From Neophaeotheca triangularis (lineage: Eukaryota), in NCBI GenBank assembly GCA_054600435.1, contig BAAIJX010000056.1, positions 1 to 64,000 of the forward strand: DNA of 64,000 bases, in the 5' to 3' direction. Shown here piece by piece: positions 10,758 to 23,726 of this stretch (the stretch's first letter is position 1; each line of letters opens with the position of its first letter). A program made the translations under genes and the position numbers. The notes beneath the pieces are model-generated. The model was not told the DNA's origin. It did not search any database and saw only the letters and a program-made list of their open reading frames with translations.

Positions 10758-13454
10758 GGTTGACAGGCTGCCTTTGGCGAATCGAAGGAGATGCAGCTGC
10801 TGTGGGTCAAGCGTAGTGTAGTATGCGCAACCTGTATGTAGTCTCAACGAGTACCAGGTACCTTGGGTAGTGGATCGGATGGTGTTGTTGGAGCTCGTGA
10901 TAAGGTAGTTAGAGCGAAGTCACGGGTCACGGCCGGGGAAACACTGGAAACTCGGTTGCTGTCCCGACAAGGTTCGCTATCGGCAGCTCTTATCTCTTAT
11001 CTACCACCAAGCCTGATAATGAACATCACATCACCTCCTTCCCCAGGACCTCAGCTGGGAAACCGCTTGCAAACGCACTTACAGTACCTGACTGATCATC
11101 CTTTCATAAGTCCCCTGTGGTATTCATTCCCTTCTTACTTGAGCTGCTGCAACAACACCCGTGAACCAATGCAGCACAAGTCATGATTATTGTGAGGCTC
11201 TACGGACGCTGCCACCGCTACCGCCACTACAGCCACACACGACCTGGGATGCTTGGCAATCCGCCCGGTGGTCGTTAGGTTCCGTCTGGGTTGAGGTCTC
11301 AAGAGAGAGTCGCATTTCACGGAAAGTAGTCAGCGCGCAGTGCCTTGACAATTGAGTCTGAGAGCTAGACGGTTCAGCGCTTCTTTCGCCCGTCGTACAC
11401 GTGCGACCGAGTAGACCAAAACCGCGCCCTTTCTCTGCTGACGGGCACGCGCCGAAAGAGAAGACCATCTTAGGTGTCATTGCACAGCCGTCAGGAAGAC
11501 TCGAGGATCGACTTCGCCTCCACAGTGAGGTGACCGCCCTGTTCTCACGAAATATAACGAAATGGTCCCATCTCTTCCATCTTCCTAGATAGCGATACGC
11601 GACCCTGCGGTATGTCGTAGGAAAGCTACGCATAGCCACCGATCACAGCCTGGCGAGTTCTCAATCCATATACTATTTTTGCAGCTCTAGGTCACCAAGG
11701 CTTCCTTTAGGCGCGAAGGAAGGCTTTCTTCCAGCCTTACATGCTCACGAGTGGGAGTAGCGTCTACTAATCTAAGGGAGAGATAGGTTCGACATTAACT
11801 CATTCCCGCCAACAGTGGACTCAGCGCACAGTGGGGTGTTGTTAGCTACTAGCATGTCCTGGTCTTTTAGTCGGCCTTTATATGATGTCACGCACATCGA
11901 TGCCCTGTTGGCGCAGTTATTTCATCAGTCAAAGCTCAAGCGTTATCAACGCTATGCTATGATTAATGATACCTACAGTAACACCTGTCATGGTCATAGC
12001 GTGAAACGACGGATTCTCCACGCGATCTTTGCAGCGGAGCACCGAGATGTTGAAAAGCGTGGCCGTTCGATGCGGCTAGGCATATAACTTAGTACTCAGA
12101 GTTCCCTTAAGTTAGGAGGTAGGTATAAGGTATTTGATCGGACTGGTCCCAGTCTGCGCTTTCTCAAAACGACAATATTGATAGACAATCTCAGGCATGC
12201 AAGCGTCTTCTCGATCCTGAACCTAAGTGAATAACGTGACCACTTGCCGCCGAGTGCTGACAAGAGTCATGTACACAGTACGGTGAATGCTGACATGTGC
12301 GCCCCATGTGGGGACCAGGAGGAGTTTATGGTGTTGATGGATTCAAATCGCTGATGTCATGGCGCAGGCTTGGTGTCGCAGGATTCCGATCCGCAAGGCT
12401 CTGCTTCTCGGTAGAAAATTGCGCCGGTTGGAACAGTGGACGGTTTTTCCAATCGAAAGTAAAGTTCCAAGACGTGAGAGGGGCAGACCTGGCCGAGCCA
12501 AGAGCTTGTTAGACGGTCGGCCAAGGTCTAGAGGCCCGCCAAGGCGCGACACCCGGATCATTGAATTGCCTTGCCTTAGTGCATGAGGTGATGGTGTGTG
12601 TCGATCTGGCTCGACAATCTGTGGGGTAGACATTCGTCGTCGATCTGGACAACATGATCAACTTTAACGACAACAGCAGCAACATGTAAATACACAGGAA
12701 GGAAAAAAGAAACAAAGGGTAGCTATGCCAACATGGAGAGACGATCCGAATACATTTAGCTGCTTGCGAGTCTGACTGTAGCTACCCTTGCCATCTCTTG
12801 GGTACGGTAGGTACAATTGGATTGCGGGGGGAGTAAGTAGTTTACACGGATTACCTTAGCTACCTTACCTAACGTCAGGTAAGGAGGTAGTCGATTCATT
12901 TGCATCTGCCGCCTGCGTAATCTCCAAGACACGCCACGAGGTTGGGCGCAGGCTAGACGATTCGATTGGGTCTTGGACAAGACCTATAGGTATTCCCATG
13001 TAGCCTTCCACCTTTGCCCAGCTGGGCCTATGCCGCAAGCTAACATCAATGGGGTAATAAGGTCGCCAAGGTAGGTTCCAGGTCCCTTTTGATGATTGGC
13101 TGGATTGACGCGATTCACTTAGCCGCCACAAAGGAAGGTGCGGTAGGTGATCCTCCTCCTTCTCCTGGGCGGAGTGATGATACTACCTAGCCCAGGTAGT
13201 ACATACCTTACCTCAGACTAAGGTACCTAGTACCAACTAGTCCAATGCCGCAGTGGCCGCAACCTTACCTACCTTAGTACTAGGTACCTACTGGTAGAAG
13301 CCAGGCCAGCTAAAGCTCAAAGGGTACCCGCGGCCTCCCTTTTCCTCTATCAACATCTCAACCTCTCCCCTCGTCTTCTTTCCTTCTTCTCTTCCACACT
13401 CATACCCGTTACCCGTTTGAACTTACTACTACTGCACCGCAATCTCCAACCGCA

Positions 13455-14780
13455 ATGCATCTCAACTACCTCCTTTCGGCGGCCATTGCCGCTACCGCTG
13501 TCTTCGCCCAAGATGATGAAGACAGCAGCAGCAACAGCCTTACCTCAGTTCTCGGCGACAACGACGACCTCTCCTCGCTCGCTACCTTGCTCGAGGATTA
13601 CCCTGACTTGGTTGAAACGCTCAGTGGATCTCAAAACATTACCATCCTTGCGCCCAGCAACGATGCGCTCGCCGATTTCGAGACTGACGGGCTGGAGGAT
13701 GGTTTCCTCGAGGCGACCCTCAGGTACCACGTCCTGAATGCTATGGTCATGTCCGACGCCATCAACGGAACCGCTCAATTCGTTCCAAGCCTCCTCACCG
13801 CCGACGCCAACGACGACTACACCACCCTTGACGACGGACAGGTTGTTGAGGCTTTGCTCAACGACGATGACGAGGTCGTCTTCTTCGGTGGCTTCTTGAG
13901 CAATGTCACAGTTTCAGAGGCTGTAAGTGTACCGCGCGTTTCCCATCACTCGTATGGCTTGTCTAACAGGCCCTTTTAGGACATCGAATTCAGCGGTGGT
14001 GTCATTCACATCGTTGACGGCATACTCCGTATTCCTCGCGATGTTGACGTAGTTGCCGTTGCAGGTAACCTGACCGCCTTCGCCGGTGCCCTTGGCCAAA
14101 GCGATCTCCTCGACGACGTGGCCGACCTCGACCAGGTTACCATCTTCGCGCCCAACAACGCTGCTTTCCAAGCCATTGGCTCCGCCGTTTCTGACATTGA
14201 CGATGACACTCTCGCCAGCATCCTCCAGTACCACGTCGTCGAAGATTCGGTCCTCTACAGCACCAACATCACAAACAGCACCACCATTCAGGCTCTGGAC
14301 GGCACTGATCTTACGATTACTGTTGATGGCGGTGCTGTCTACGTCAACGGCGCTCAAGTTATCATCCCCGACTTGCTCGTCAGCAATGGCGTCGTCCACG
14401 TCATCGACCAGGTCCTTAACCCCGAGAACCCCACTACTCCTGGCAACGGCACCGCTGCGACTGGCACCGAGTCCATGACTGGCACCATGACCGGTACCGA
14501 ATCCATGACCGGCACTGAGACTGCCGCCGCAACTACGGAGGACAATGCTTTCAGCGCCAGCTCCGGCACCGATGTGCCCTTTACCTCCGCCGCCCCAACC
14601 ACCGTCACCGAGGTCTTCGAGGTCCCACCCTCAGAGGAGACCACTGGTGCCGACGATGTTGCCGCTGGTGGTGGCGCTGAGGAAACCGAGTCCGAGTCCG
14701 AAGACGCCGCGCCCATGGCTACTGCCGCTGTTGGCATGGCCGCTCTGTTCGGTGGTGCTGCCTTCATGGCCAACTTCTAA
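13455..14780 (+). CDS. secreted, probably GPI-anchored protein with two fasciclin (FAS1) domains
   Basis: signal peptide; two sets of TI(L/F)APxN, LxYHV and GV(I/V)HxxDxxL motifs; S/T-rich stalk; hydrophobic C-terminus; intron 13923-13979. Confidence 0.92.
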
Positions 14781-15282
14781 ATTTGCTGAATTTGCATCGG
14801 CATCGCAAAAATACCCTTCCTTGCAGGGCTTTCAGGTCCAGAATGGGGTTTGAATCGAGATGAGACGTGGTGGGATTGGTGATGGTGCGGTGGAATGTAA
14901 TTATGGTTGATAGTGTGCAACGGATTACGATTTGATGGTTTCGAGCCTTTTAAAGTAACAGTCGTTGTAATCGGGAATTGCTTCAAGTACCTGTAATGAT
15001 TGTATGGAAAGGCAACGCAGCTTCATCTGGAAGGCATGTCGTGATTCGTAAGGTTGTTTTTGAGGCCGCCCTATGAAGTGACGAGACGATCAGATTTGGT
15101 GACATCAGGCCAGCTTCGGGAGGTGCTTTACTCAGCAACCTGACCTAGGTAGTTAACTGACCCGGCACTGACAAACGGGCTCACCTCGCAACTTGAACAT
15201 TCACAATCTACCCTCCTCAATACTACCTTGACCATCCACCCCTACCGACTCATCCCACAAACCGCTCAACACCAACCCCGGC

Positions 15283-16515
15283 ATGCGCGTCCCAAACCCA
15301 GCGCGCGCAAGAGCAACGGCCAAAGCCTCCAACCCCGGCGCCCTCGGCCTCGCACACAACCCTCCCCCGGGTCGCCGCCTCTACTCCTCCCAACCCACAC
15401 CCCCTCCAACCATCCCAGCCACAGGCGCCGCGCACCTACCCAACCGCCGACTCATCTCGCTGCACGGCCCAGACGCGCCGAAATTCCTCCAAGGCATCCT
15501 CACCAACAACGTGCCCCCCACTCCCCCCTCTGCACCCTTTTTCACGGCATTCCTCACCGCGCCGGGCAAAGTGCTCGCGGACGCTTTCGTGTACCCGACG
15601 TTCGGGTCGAGCTGGCACAAGCGGACCGCGGAGGGCGATGGCAAAGGCGTGGCCGGGGAAGGGGACCAGGGGTTTTTGGTCGAGGTGGATGGGGAAAAGG
15701 TGGAGGGTTTGGTTCGGCATTTGAAGAAGCATAAGCTGCGGAGTAAGTTTTTGCTGAGGTTGGTTGAGGAGGGGGAGTTGGCGGTTTGGAGCCGCTGGGC
15801 CGAGGGCGAGAGATGGACGGCGCATGCGGCGGGGAGCGTGCTCGAGGGGCTGCGCGAGGAGGGTGGGCTCGGGTGTGTGGATGCTAGAGCGCCGGGGATG
15901 GGGTCGAGGGTTTTGATTAGGGGGGATGGGGAGGAGAGGGGGAGGAGGTTGGAGGGGTGTGAGGTTGTGGGCGCTGGGGCTTATGATGTCAGGAGGTTTT
16001 TGAGGGGGGTGCCCGAGGGCCAGACAGAGATCCCTTGGGATGATGCACTGCCGATGAATTACAATTTGGATATCATGGGGGGGATTGATTTTCGCAAGGG
16101 GTGTTATGTTGGACAGGAGTTGACGATACGGACGCATCATACCGGGGTTGTGAGGAGGAGGGTGTTGCCTGTGGCGCTTTACGGAAGTGGCGGGGAGGCG
16201 CCGGAGAGGCTTGAGTATGATGGTGGGGGAAGTATTGCTGCAGCCCCCGAGGTGGGAACGGATGTTAGGAAGGCGGATAAGAGGAAGAGGGCGGTGGGGA
16301 AGTTTATCGGGAGTGTGGGCAATGTTGGGTTGGCCATGTGCCGGCTGGAGCAGATGAGCGATCTCACAGTCTCTGGGGAGGGCAGCTCATTCACCCCGGA
16401 GGACAAGTTTGTCGTTACGAATGCCGAGGGGAAAGAGCTGGGAGTTAAAGCGTTTGTTCCGGATTGGATGAGAGGCAAGATCAGAGAGCCGAAGATTCAG
16501 AAGCGAGTGGAATGA
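15283..16515 (+). CDS. IBA57: mitochondrial Fe-S assembly factor Iba57/Caf17 (GcvT/YgfZ family)
   Basis: GPDAPKFLQG and the KGCYVGQEL signature; basic N-terminal presequence. Confidence 0.95.
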   Translation: MRVPNPARARATAKASNPGALGLAHNPPPGRRLYSSQPTPPPTIPATGAAHLPNRRLISLHGPDAPKFLQGILTNNVPPTPPSAPFFTAFLTAPGKVLADAFVYPTFGSSWHKRTAEGDGKGVAGEGDQGFLVEVDGEKVEGLVRHLKKHKLRSKFLLRLVEEGELAVWSRWAEGERWTAHAAGSVLEGLREEGGLGCVDARAPGMGSRVLIRGDGEERGRRLEGCEVVGAGAYDVRRFLRGVPEGQTEIPWDDALPMNYNLDIMGGIDFRKGCYVGQELTIRTHHTGVVRRRVLPVALYGSGGEAPERLEYDGGGSIAAAPEVGTDVRKADKRKRAVGKFIGSVGNVGLAMCRLEQMSDLTVSGEGSSFTPEDKFVVTNAEGKELGVKAFVPDWMRGKIREPKIQKRVE

Positions 16516-16561
16516 GCCATCTACTCCTCCCGCCTGTTCCACACCAACACTACTTGGGCAA

Positions 16562-17200
16562 CTAACCTTGACCACTTCCCAGCACAACCTGGCCCTCCTC
16601 CCATTCCCGACTCTGCTTCTCGCCCAACCACTGCGGCTGCAGACGGTCAATCATCTCCTCAATCTGCCATCCCCTCCCTCTCCCTCCACATACTCCGACT
16701 CCCCCAGCAACCCCGAATCCGTCAAACCCCCAGCAATCACCCTCGCGACGCCCTCGGCCGATTTCGCCGACAACCCAGCTTTGTCTCACGCCCCCTCAAT
16801 CCCATCCACCGACCGGCATCCGTTTCGTCCAAGGACAAACCGCATTCGTCCTAAAATCATACGATTCCGCGGCCAACGGTCTCCGCAACGTCTTCATCAA
16901 CCCCAATATCCCCGCTTTCGCAGCCGCATACACGCTCAACCCCGGCGACTCCTTGAACCCGGCGACACTGCTGACGAATGTGAGACTCCTGTCCGTATCC
17001 GGCCTCTCACTCTGCCTGTGCCTATGCCTAGGGAGCCGCCGGTTACGAGGATGACTTTGTTTTGGAAGTGCTGAGATAGAAGAGGAAAGGGGATGGAAGC
17101 TGGACATTGTTCGAGTGGTTATTGCTTCGGGTGTCAGGGAAGAGATGATGTGATTTGGGATCGGTTTGGAAGATGAGGTGCTGTTTCGTGAGGGGAAAGG
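16562..17200 (-). pseudogene. decayed short-chain dehydrogenase/reductase
   Basis: FVSSVAG..YAAAK..NAVCPW (catalytic S and YxxxK) in ORF 16796-17107; C-terminus (WQIEEMIDRLQPQWLG) in another frame; no GxxxGxG or credible start; 5' boundary approximate. Confidence 0.7.
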
Positions 17201-17542
17201 GTCGGTTTGGGAGGGTCTGCTTTGTGGTTTTATTTGTTTCTGTTACTTGCAACTGTGTACTACTAACCACCTAGGTAGACATCTTGAGCTTCTCTCCTAG
17301 AGTTCGACTTCGGCACTTGCTGGGCTAAGGTAGGAGGTGCCTTTACCTGGCGACGTTGGTCCCCCGCAGTCGACAGTCGCTGCAGGGCCCACTTGAGGTG
17401 AATTTGGTGCGTTTAGGGGCTCCATAGTACGCAGACCACGCGTGTCAAACTCACTCACCCACCCGCCGAGACTGGATACAATCGAGGTTTTCGGCGAAAA
17501 TCTTTGCTTTCGGTGATCTCCTGGATCGACGACAGGCTGCCA

Positions 17543-17900
17543 GACGACTCTTCGGGTTGCCTTTACATAACATGTTTGAGGTTTTCAACGAGCTTCCCGG
17601 TCGAGATGGTCTTGTTTGAAGGTGAGATAGGGTGGACATAGGGCTGCTTTCATACGCGACTGTTCGCCGGATGGGAAGAAACGTGGGAATGCGATTGCAA
17701 GGCGTCCGGAGAGATGTCTGTTGAACTCCTAGGTTGGTGAATCGCTGCCCAACGGCCCTTTGGGTGGATTTGCAACGATGCATTCGGTCATTGACGGGCT
17801 TCCCGGCCGAGACGGTATCAATGGAGAATGCGAATACGGTAGACAATTGGCTGCTTCTATCCGCAACTGTTCGCCGGATGGGAAGAGATGTTGTACTGCG
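17543..17900. repeat. diverged tandem duplication, ~206-207 bp period
   Basis: CTTCCCGGyCGAGAyGGT at 17593 and 17799; identical 21-mer ACTGTTCGCCGGATGGGAAGA at 17659 and 17866. Confidence 0.8.
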
Positions 17901-18894
17901 AGTCTTGGTAGCAAGGCACCTGGAAAGCCTTCTGTTATCGTAGCTGGGGTCTACGAGGCTGTCCCTGGCTGAGGCTACGCTGTTTTGCCCGATGGTTATG
18001 GGGTTCAGCAAGGTGGTTCTGAAGCGGCAAATTCAGTGTCATCAGATCGGAGTGCCTGGGAACGTTGAAGAATGCGAGAGCCGGGAGGGGCAATAGGTGA
18101 CTTACTCTCTGGTGAATGTCTCATGCCGATGGAACTGACCTACCTAGACAACCCAACCCAACCCATACCCATACCCCGGATCAGCCAGGTCGTCTTCCGA
18201 AGGGTGTTCTGTCGTCTCGTCAACCCCGACACGCACACCCCTACCGTGTCTTTCACAGCACAGTTGGTATCTCGTTGACCTCTTTCACATTTGCTATGTT
18301 CGTGACGGTTGAGATTATAGTGTGATTGAGCCATCACGTGCCACTGCACAAAACCGGCTCTCCTGACGCTAGACCACTTTCGCTTCTACATATAACATGA
18401 CCAGAGCCGGCTCGAGGACGGCGCAGTGGTCTTGAGACCAGATTGGTGAGTAATTACCTATGCTTACATTACCTTCTTCTTACCAACACTTTCTCTACTT
18501 GGGTTACTACTTTGATGACTTCCCCGACACCAATTCGACTACCTACCTTACTGAATCAACTGCACCAATGACGGGAGATTGTAGCAATATCTAATCATTT
18601 ACGCGAGAGCAGGAAGACGGATTAATAACCGGATCATCAACTTGCCCAACGACAACACCTGAATGGAGAGAGAGAGAGAGAGAAAAGATAAGCAGTGCAC
18701 TATCAATCAATACATATATTGAACTAGATAAACTCGGGCTTGGCAAAGATTGGGGTCGAAGCTCTCTCTCTCCAAAGCCATCCCATGCCGATTTCCCCGC
18801 CTTTTGCAACAACCACCCGAGACTGCGAGTCGCGTTCTCGCTTTGCGACGGTTCAGCGACATCCAAGACACTCGATACTCCACCCGGGCACGCC

Positions 18895-21800
18895 ATGGCC
18901 TCTACGAACCCCTACCCCCATCCTCCACCCCACCCCCAGCAGCAGCAGCAGCAGCAGCAGCAGGACGGCGACGCCCAGTTCGATGCTGCCAATGCTCAGG
19001 GAGAGGGGAATAAAAACACCGGCGGCAGCAAGGACGGCAATAACCCTGGGAGCCATCAGAGGACATATCAAGGTGCGTGGAATAAAACGTGATATAGGAC
19101 GGTGAGGAACAATACTAACACTCCCTCCCCAGCGTGCATACCATGTCGCAAACGTAAAGTCCGTTGCGATCTCGGTCCCGTCGACAACCCCCATGATCCA
19201 CCTTGCCAGAGATGTCGCAGAGAGGCCAAAGAGTGCTACTTCTCCGCTACCCGTCGCAAAAGAAAGACGGGCGGTCAGGATGAGAGTGCCTTTGGATCGG
19301 ATGCCGGCGACGAGGTCCCTTTCGAGATTCGACGCGGTAGGAAGAGGTTGAGGACTTCGGTGAGCGTGGAACAGGACGACTACGATAGGAATGAGAACGA
19401 GGAGCCGCGCACGCCCGGCGGGTCGATTGGGAGGCCGCAACCTCTGCGCAAGCCGTCTTCGCAGAAAGTGCAATACTCGGAACAGGATCATAGGATGGCT
19501 GGGGAGGTTACGAGCGTTCTGCAGGCTTCCGAGGTGCATGGCGGACATGATGCGCTCAAGGTGCTGTTCGAAGCCGCTGCTATGCGCGAGAGGGCTGGAA
19601 GTGGTAGTGGCACGAGACCTTCCGGCTTGTCTTCTGGCATGACTCCTACTTCTATCCAGTCCATCACAAGCCCTGAGCTGGGAAGGCAAAGCTCGTTCGC
19701 ACCACCCGCGCAGATGACGGCGTTTTCGGCGGGTACTCCTCAGTTCCAGACACAGCCGCAGCAGCATCGCATCGATCCTGCTATTACTCAGGACGGTGCT
19801 AGAGATACCGCACCAATAAACTCGACCGAATATGCGGCGGCCGTCAAGGCGTGGACCCGTTACCGCTTTGTGCGTGCTGGATGGTTCACCGCGCGCGAGG
19901 GCATCTCCTACATCCAGTACTTTTACAAGTATCTGTCACCCTTGACTCCGATTACGCTCCCGGACTTTCAATCGATTGCCTCCCATCGCCATTTACTTGA
20001 GCAGGAGCCGATGCTCGTCGTTACCATGTTACTGGTCGCGTCGCGTCACATGGTTCTCGAAGGCCCCGGATCCGCCAGTCGTCCGTATGCAATCCATCAC
20101 AAGCTGTGGACGTATCTTCAAGGCATGATCAACCGTATCGTGTGGGGTCAGGAACAGTTTGGTGGAGGCTTTTGCGGTGCTGGTTCTGAGCCGAGCTGTG
20201 ATGTGAACCCGCTCAGCCGTAAAGGCTTACGGACCTTGGGCACGGTCGAGTCGCTCATGATGTTGACCGAGTGGCACCCACGTGCGATGCACTTCCCGCC
20301 CGACGAGGCGGATGAAGAGTTGATGATACCCGACGAGCCCTTTGCTACACCCGACCCAGCAGACCCCGAGCTTGGCAACAAGGGCATCGGTGGCCACCGT
20401 ATGGACAGCTGGCTCGAACCATGCTGGCGTTCCGACCGCATGTGCTGGATGCTGCTCGGCATGGCTATGAGTCTGGCGTTTGAAATCGGCGTCTTCGATA
20501 AGAACGAGTGGCAGCGTCATGCTCAATCCGCAGATGGCGTGCTCATGTCTGGCGAAGACCTCCAAGCATACGATCGTCGTCGCGGCAATGTCAGAGATCT
20601 CTTGCTGGTCTACGTCACTCAGACTAGTGGTCGACTGGGTCTTACTTCGATGCTTCCGGGCAACTACAGCGAACCCCAGGCGAGTGACGTTTTCCGCAAA
20701 CCAATCTCCACACACATCAACAGCAAAGAGACGGTCATCCACTTTTGGCTTCGTCTGGCTGATCTCATGAAGGATGGAAACAACTGCCTCTTCCGCAACA
20801 AGAAGTTCACCCGCAACCTCATCAAAGGTGGCGGTTACAGAGCCCAGCTGGAGCGAATGCAGCCTGCGTTGGCTTCGTGGAGGAACGATTTCGATCGTGT
20901 TACTACCATCTCCGAAAACATGCGCCATGTTCTGAATATAGAATATGAGTACAGTCGGACTTACCTCAACAGTCTGGCTTTGCAGGCTCTGGTTGAGCGC
21001 TGCGCCAACGACAACCCCGTGGCTTCGACAGAGATCCACCCGCCTCTGGAAATGGCTCGCTCGGCAATCTCCACTAACGGCCTTAGGGCAGACAATGCAA
21101 TCGACTCGACGACTCTCGCCAAATGGCTAGGAGGGGATAGGTACTTCATCTCGCAGACTAGAGATGCGGCTCGCAATCTTCTCAAAGCGGTCGTCGAGGG
21201 ACTAGGCTCCGGCGACTATCTCAAGCACGCTCCAGTCCGCACCTACTTCCGCATCATCAGCGGCGCCATCATCCTGCTCAAAAGCTTCGCCCTCGGGGCA
21301 AGTGAGGACTACGTGACAGAAGCGTTCGGCCTCATGGATAGGACCGTGGAAGCTCTGCGCAACTGCATCGTCGATGACGTCCACGTCGCTTCCCGCTTCG
21401 CCGACCTCCTCGACACCTTGACCCAAAGCATGAAACCGCGTTTCGTGCGCATGGCGGGTGATGGACGTCAAGCCCACAGCCGACGTCCCAGCAACTTTGG
21501 ACTGCAAGGGGAGAACGCCCAGGCAAACCAAAACAACAACATACGCTGGCCTGGCACGCCCAACCAAAACGGCCACTCCAACCTCAACCAGCTGTCCACT
21601 CAACAGCAACAACAACACCAGGCCTGGAATTACACCAATGGCACCTTCACGCCAAACAACAACCAAAACACCAACAACCCTTCGACTCCCCTACACTACG
21701 CTCCTCCGAACAGCAGTAGCTACGACTACCCCTCCCTCCCAGCCGACCTGCAAAACCCAAACATGTTCTCCGTCATGCCACCACCCTCCTTCGCGCAATC

Positions 21801-22080
21801 CCCAACCTCAACCTTCAACGCCACCCACAACCAAAACAACAACCAAAACACTGCTCTCCCAAATACCCCCGGCAGTTTCGACGCTTTCGCCTCTTCGGGT
21901 TTCGGCGACGCCGAGATGCAGGACTGGCTCACGCTACCTCTAGATCCGCTCATCAACATCAGTCCCGGGGTCGACGTTAATCAGACCATGTACGGACCTG
22001 AGCTGGGGGGGCAGGATATGTTGGAATTGTTGCTTGGGGGTGGGCAGTTTGGGAGCGGAGGACAAGGGGGGATGGGGTGA
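18895..22080 (+). CDS. ARO80: Zn(II)2Cys6 transcription factor, Aro80-like
   Basis: after removing intron 19073-19132 the protein reads [32 protein letters not shown]..C, the Aro80-type zinc cluster; N-terminal (CAG)n polyQ; N/Q-rich C-terminus. Confidence 0.88.
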
Positions 22081-23159
22081 AGTTTTCTTTTCTCTTTTTT
22101 TTTTCTTTTCTATTTTGATGAGATTGCGATGACTGCATGATGAGGGACGAGAGGATGAGGCACGATGAACACGATTTGTTTCCTACTACTATGGATTTGC
22201 GAGCGATTTTCTTTTTTGTTTTCCAGCTCGGGTGTCGTTTGTGGGGTTTTCGATTCGAATCCTGCGATGAATGCCGGTAAGTCTGGGAAGGGGGTTCCTG
22301 TTTTTTTATTTTCTTTCCTTTCTTTCTTCAATCCGGCGGTACTTGCAGTCCTTGCTGCTACGGTGGCATTGTGACTGCTAGCTAGTTGGCTAAGTAGCTC
22401 GATCACGAGAACAAAAATGCTTTCGGAAACTTTGCTCCCACATCTCCTCCCGGCTCTCGAGCGAGAATAAGTACTACCCAACTAGCTCACCCTCCTACTT
22501 AGGAAGAGCAGTAATGTGAGCGACTGCCGTGATATCACTACCCAACGAAAAGAAGATATAGTAAGCGCCGGTCGCAAAGGGAAGAAAAGGGGTTCCAGCG
22601 CTTCCAAGACCTCGAAACGCTTTTCCAAAACCTCCACTGACCCGGTTGAAATCAAGCGAGTAATGCGTTCGGAAATCGCTCGTCTCTCCCTCTCCGGCTC
22701 TTGGGTGGAAGAAGTGACTTCTCTAGCTATCCTACTCCCTCGAGGCTGCGGTGGGGGTGTACGGCTACTAGGGGACTGTTACCTACCGGACTGAGCTGAG
22801 CTTCTCACACGCGCCGGGAATTGGGGGAAGTGAGAGGTAGACTGCTTTTTCTTTTTTTTTCTTTTTTTCTTTCTACGCTTCCACGATGGGCTTGGACGAA
22901 ACGCTTTGGGGAATCTTACTTGGTTATCCGTCTCCGGCTGTTAGATGAGAACGAGTCCTACTGTCCTTTTTCCCCTGTTCTAGGGGAGATAGGGGGGGCG
23001 TAGGTGGCTTGCTGTGTGTGCTGTTGGGTACCTGAGGTGCTTGCTGGGTTGAGGGCGTAGCTGGCGCCGGCTGGAGTGGGAGTAGAGCTTCCTCGACCGA
23101 TTGGTTTGGGTCGGGGCTTCGGTGGCTGGGGCGCTGGGGTCGAGGGTTGGGGTTATGGG

Positions 23160-23306
23160 GTTTGAGCTTTGGTTATGTTTGTTTTGTCGGTTTTGTCGGT
23201 TTGTCTACTTGTTTGTCTGTTTGCGGTGTGGGTTTGTTTGTTCGTCTGTTTGCCTAGCCGTCTGTGAGTTTGGCCTGTCTGTCCGCTTGTTTATCCGTTT
23301 GTTTAC
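23160..23306. repeat. degenerate (GTTT/GTCT/GTCG)n low-complexity tract
   Basis: runs such as TGTTTGTTTTGTCGGTTTTGTCGGTTTGTCT. Confidence 0.7.
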
Positions 23307-23726
23307 CATTCTACTAGTCCGGTAAATGCAAACTACGTCTATCTATAGTAGTGTCGAAAATTGTTTTTTTGGGGACAAGGCAGTGTAACCCAGAGGGCTT
23401 GGAATAAATTTATAAACGTCTCGAGTGCCGACTTAGGGCACTGGAAAGGGGCGAGACTTCTCACAAAACTTAAAAGCGACAGGACAGTCAAGGTCGCCTT
23501 GGGACCATCAGATGAATTGGAATATCAAAATCGCTGTTTCCTTCGTTATCGTGTCTTGCGTCGTGGAATCATCCCATCTTCCCCCACTAAACCCATCACC
23601 ACATCCATCACCAGGGTAGCTGCGTGACTATTTAAGCCTACATCGCAAGATCAGTACCTAGGTACTCTATAGGTTCGTCGAGCAAGTACTCCCATCCATA
23701 CTTCAGACTTCTTGCCCCACCTACCT

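Noticed and set aside
11161..11592. Two same-frame ORFs separated by TGA-GTC-TGA (possible pseudogene)
   Set aside because: No recognisable family, start or splice signals; cannot be supported without a search.
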